Shown piece by piece: positions 63,252 through 64,000 of a stretch of 64,000 nt of DNA. Numbering within the stretch: the first letter of the stretch is position 1; each line of letters opens with the position of its first letter. The notes below the pieces were generated by a model. That model worked only from the letters and a program-made list of their open reading frames with translations, was not told where the DNA came from and did no database searches. The translations under genes were made by a program, and so were the position numbers. The stretch is taken from assembly GCA_002104905.1 (NCBI GenBank), contig MCFE01000094.1, positions 110,872-174,871 on the forward strand, in the 5' to 3' direction. This stretch comes from Basidiobolus meristosporus CBS 931.73. Its lineage: Eukaryota; Fungi; Basidiobolomycota.

Positions 63252-63770
63252 AGGAAAGTCACCAAGTGGTGAAATCTTTATTTACTTATGACAAGTATCC
63301 AAAGAAGCCATGTTAATCTGAAGTAATTCCTAGAAAGCTAGGTCTGAGAGATATCTTCCTGGTAAGCCAGGTCTGAGAGTTGAGAAGCTGAGTGGTACTG
63401 TATTTCCTAGTTAGCTAGGTCTGAGAGAGGTTTCCTGGAAAGCCAGGCCTGAGAAGTGAGAATCTGAGTATATCTGAGGTGAGTTTTACTGATTTGCGGT
63501 AGCTTGTTTGTGGCCAGAATGGCCAGTAGACTGGGGGAGCTTAGGGGGATTTCTGGGTGATCACTGGCCAAATTTACTAGGCAAATCTGACCAATTAGCA
63601 TTTCAAGGATTTCAGCCAATCAGAACCTTTACTTTGCCCGATGGTTGATCAAGCCATCTCCCAATGAGCACACATCAATTTATTGATCAAATTTTGTTGG
63701 ATCCAGGATTTGAACCCACAACCAAGGGTATGGAAGGGTTAGGGATAACCACAAGGCTAAGTGTTCTTGG
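63252..63770 (-). mobile_element. Putative full-length tRNA-derived SINE with LINE-type 3' tail
   Basis: Minus-strand head: A-box TAGCCTTGTGG (63759-63749), B-box GGTTCAAATCC (63716-63706), 32 nt apart. No TTTT run on the sense strand and no intact ORF. The 3' end shares TGGCTTCTTT and AAATAAAGATTTCACC..GGTGAC with the LINE. Confidence 0.75.
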
Positions 63771-64000
63771 TTAGGGTTAGGGTTAGGGTTAGGGTTAGGG
63801 TTAGGGTTAGGGTTAGGGTTAGGGTTAGGGTTAGGGTTAGGGTTAGGGTTAGGGTTAGGGTTAGGGTTAGGGTTAGGGTTAGGGTTAGGGTTAGGGTTAG
63901 GGTTAGGGTTAGGGTTAGGGTTAGGGTTAGGGTTAGGGTTAGGGTTAGGTTAGGGTTAGGGTTAGGGTTAGGGTTAGGGTTAGGGTTAGGGTTAGGTTAG
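63771..64000 (+). repeat. Terminal telomere (TTAGGG)n, about 38 units, two TTAGG variants
   Basis: Continuous TTAGGG to the window end; G-rich strand running 5'->3' toward the end, as expected for a right chromosome end. Confidence 0.99.

Noticed and set aside
63695-63766. Functional tRNA gene
   Set aside because: A/B boxes are present, but the acceptor, D and anticodon stems do not pair; it is better explained as a SINE head.
63761-64000. ORF MFLVRVRVRV...LGLGLG
   Set aside because: It is simply the translation of (TTAGGG)n telomeric repeats; there is no evidence it is a gene.

Overview
This window is the right-hand end of a eukaryotic chromosome, ending in a (TTAGGG)n telomere at 63771-64000. 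Short GT-AG introns and the gene content (methylmalonyl-CoA epimerase, UNC80-like protein, UBOX5-like protein, 7TM-RGS, an AT-AC minor-spliceosome intron) point to an early-diverging, non-Dikarya fungus; this taxonomic call is inference. Positions 1-54.8 kb hold about 22 mostly intron-containing genes, including RPL16, RPC4, UBP8/USP22, GTP cyclohydrolase I, MedA-like, Cas1p-like O-acetyltransferase, C2/Pro-rich Inn1/Fic1-like, a CE4 deacetylase and a sterol-glucosyltransferase-like gene. The last ~9 kb consist entirely of retroelements, all on the minus strand. They comprise an intact Ty1/copia element (matching 350-bp LTRs, GTTTC target-site duplication, half-tRNA-iMet primer site as in Ty5), two broken copies of it, and a stack of telomere-associated non-LTR insertions separated by 1-6 TTAGGG units plus a G-run. 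That stack contains 5'-truncated copies of a LINE and an apparently full-length ~520-nt tRNA-derived SINE-like element that shares the LINE's 3' signals. This apparent telomere-targeted LINE/SINE pair is the most novel-looking system here. Multi-exon gene coordinates are manual gene spans, and some ends are approximate.
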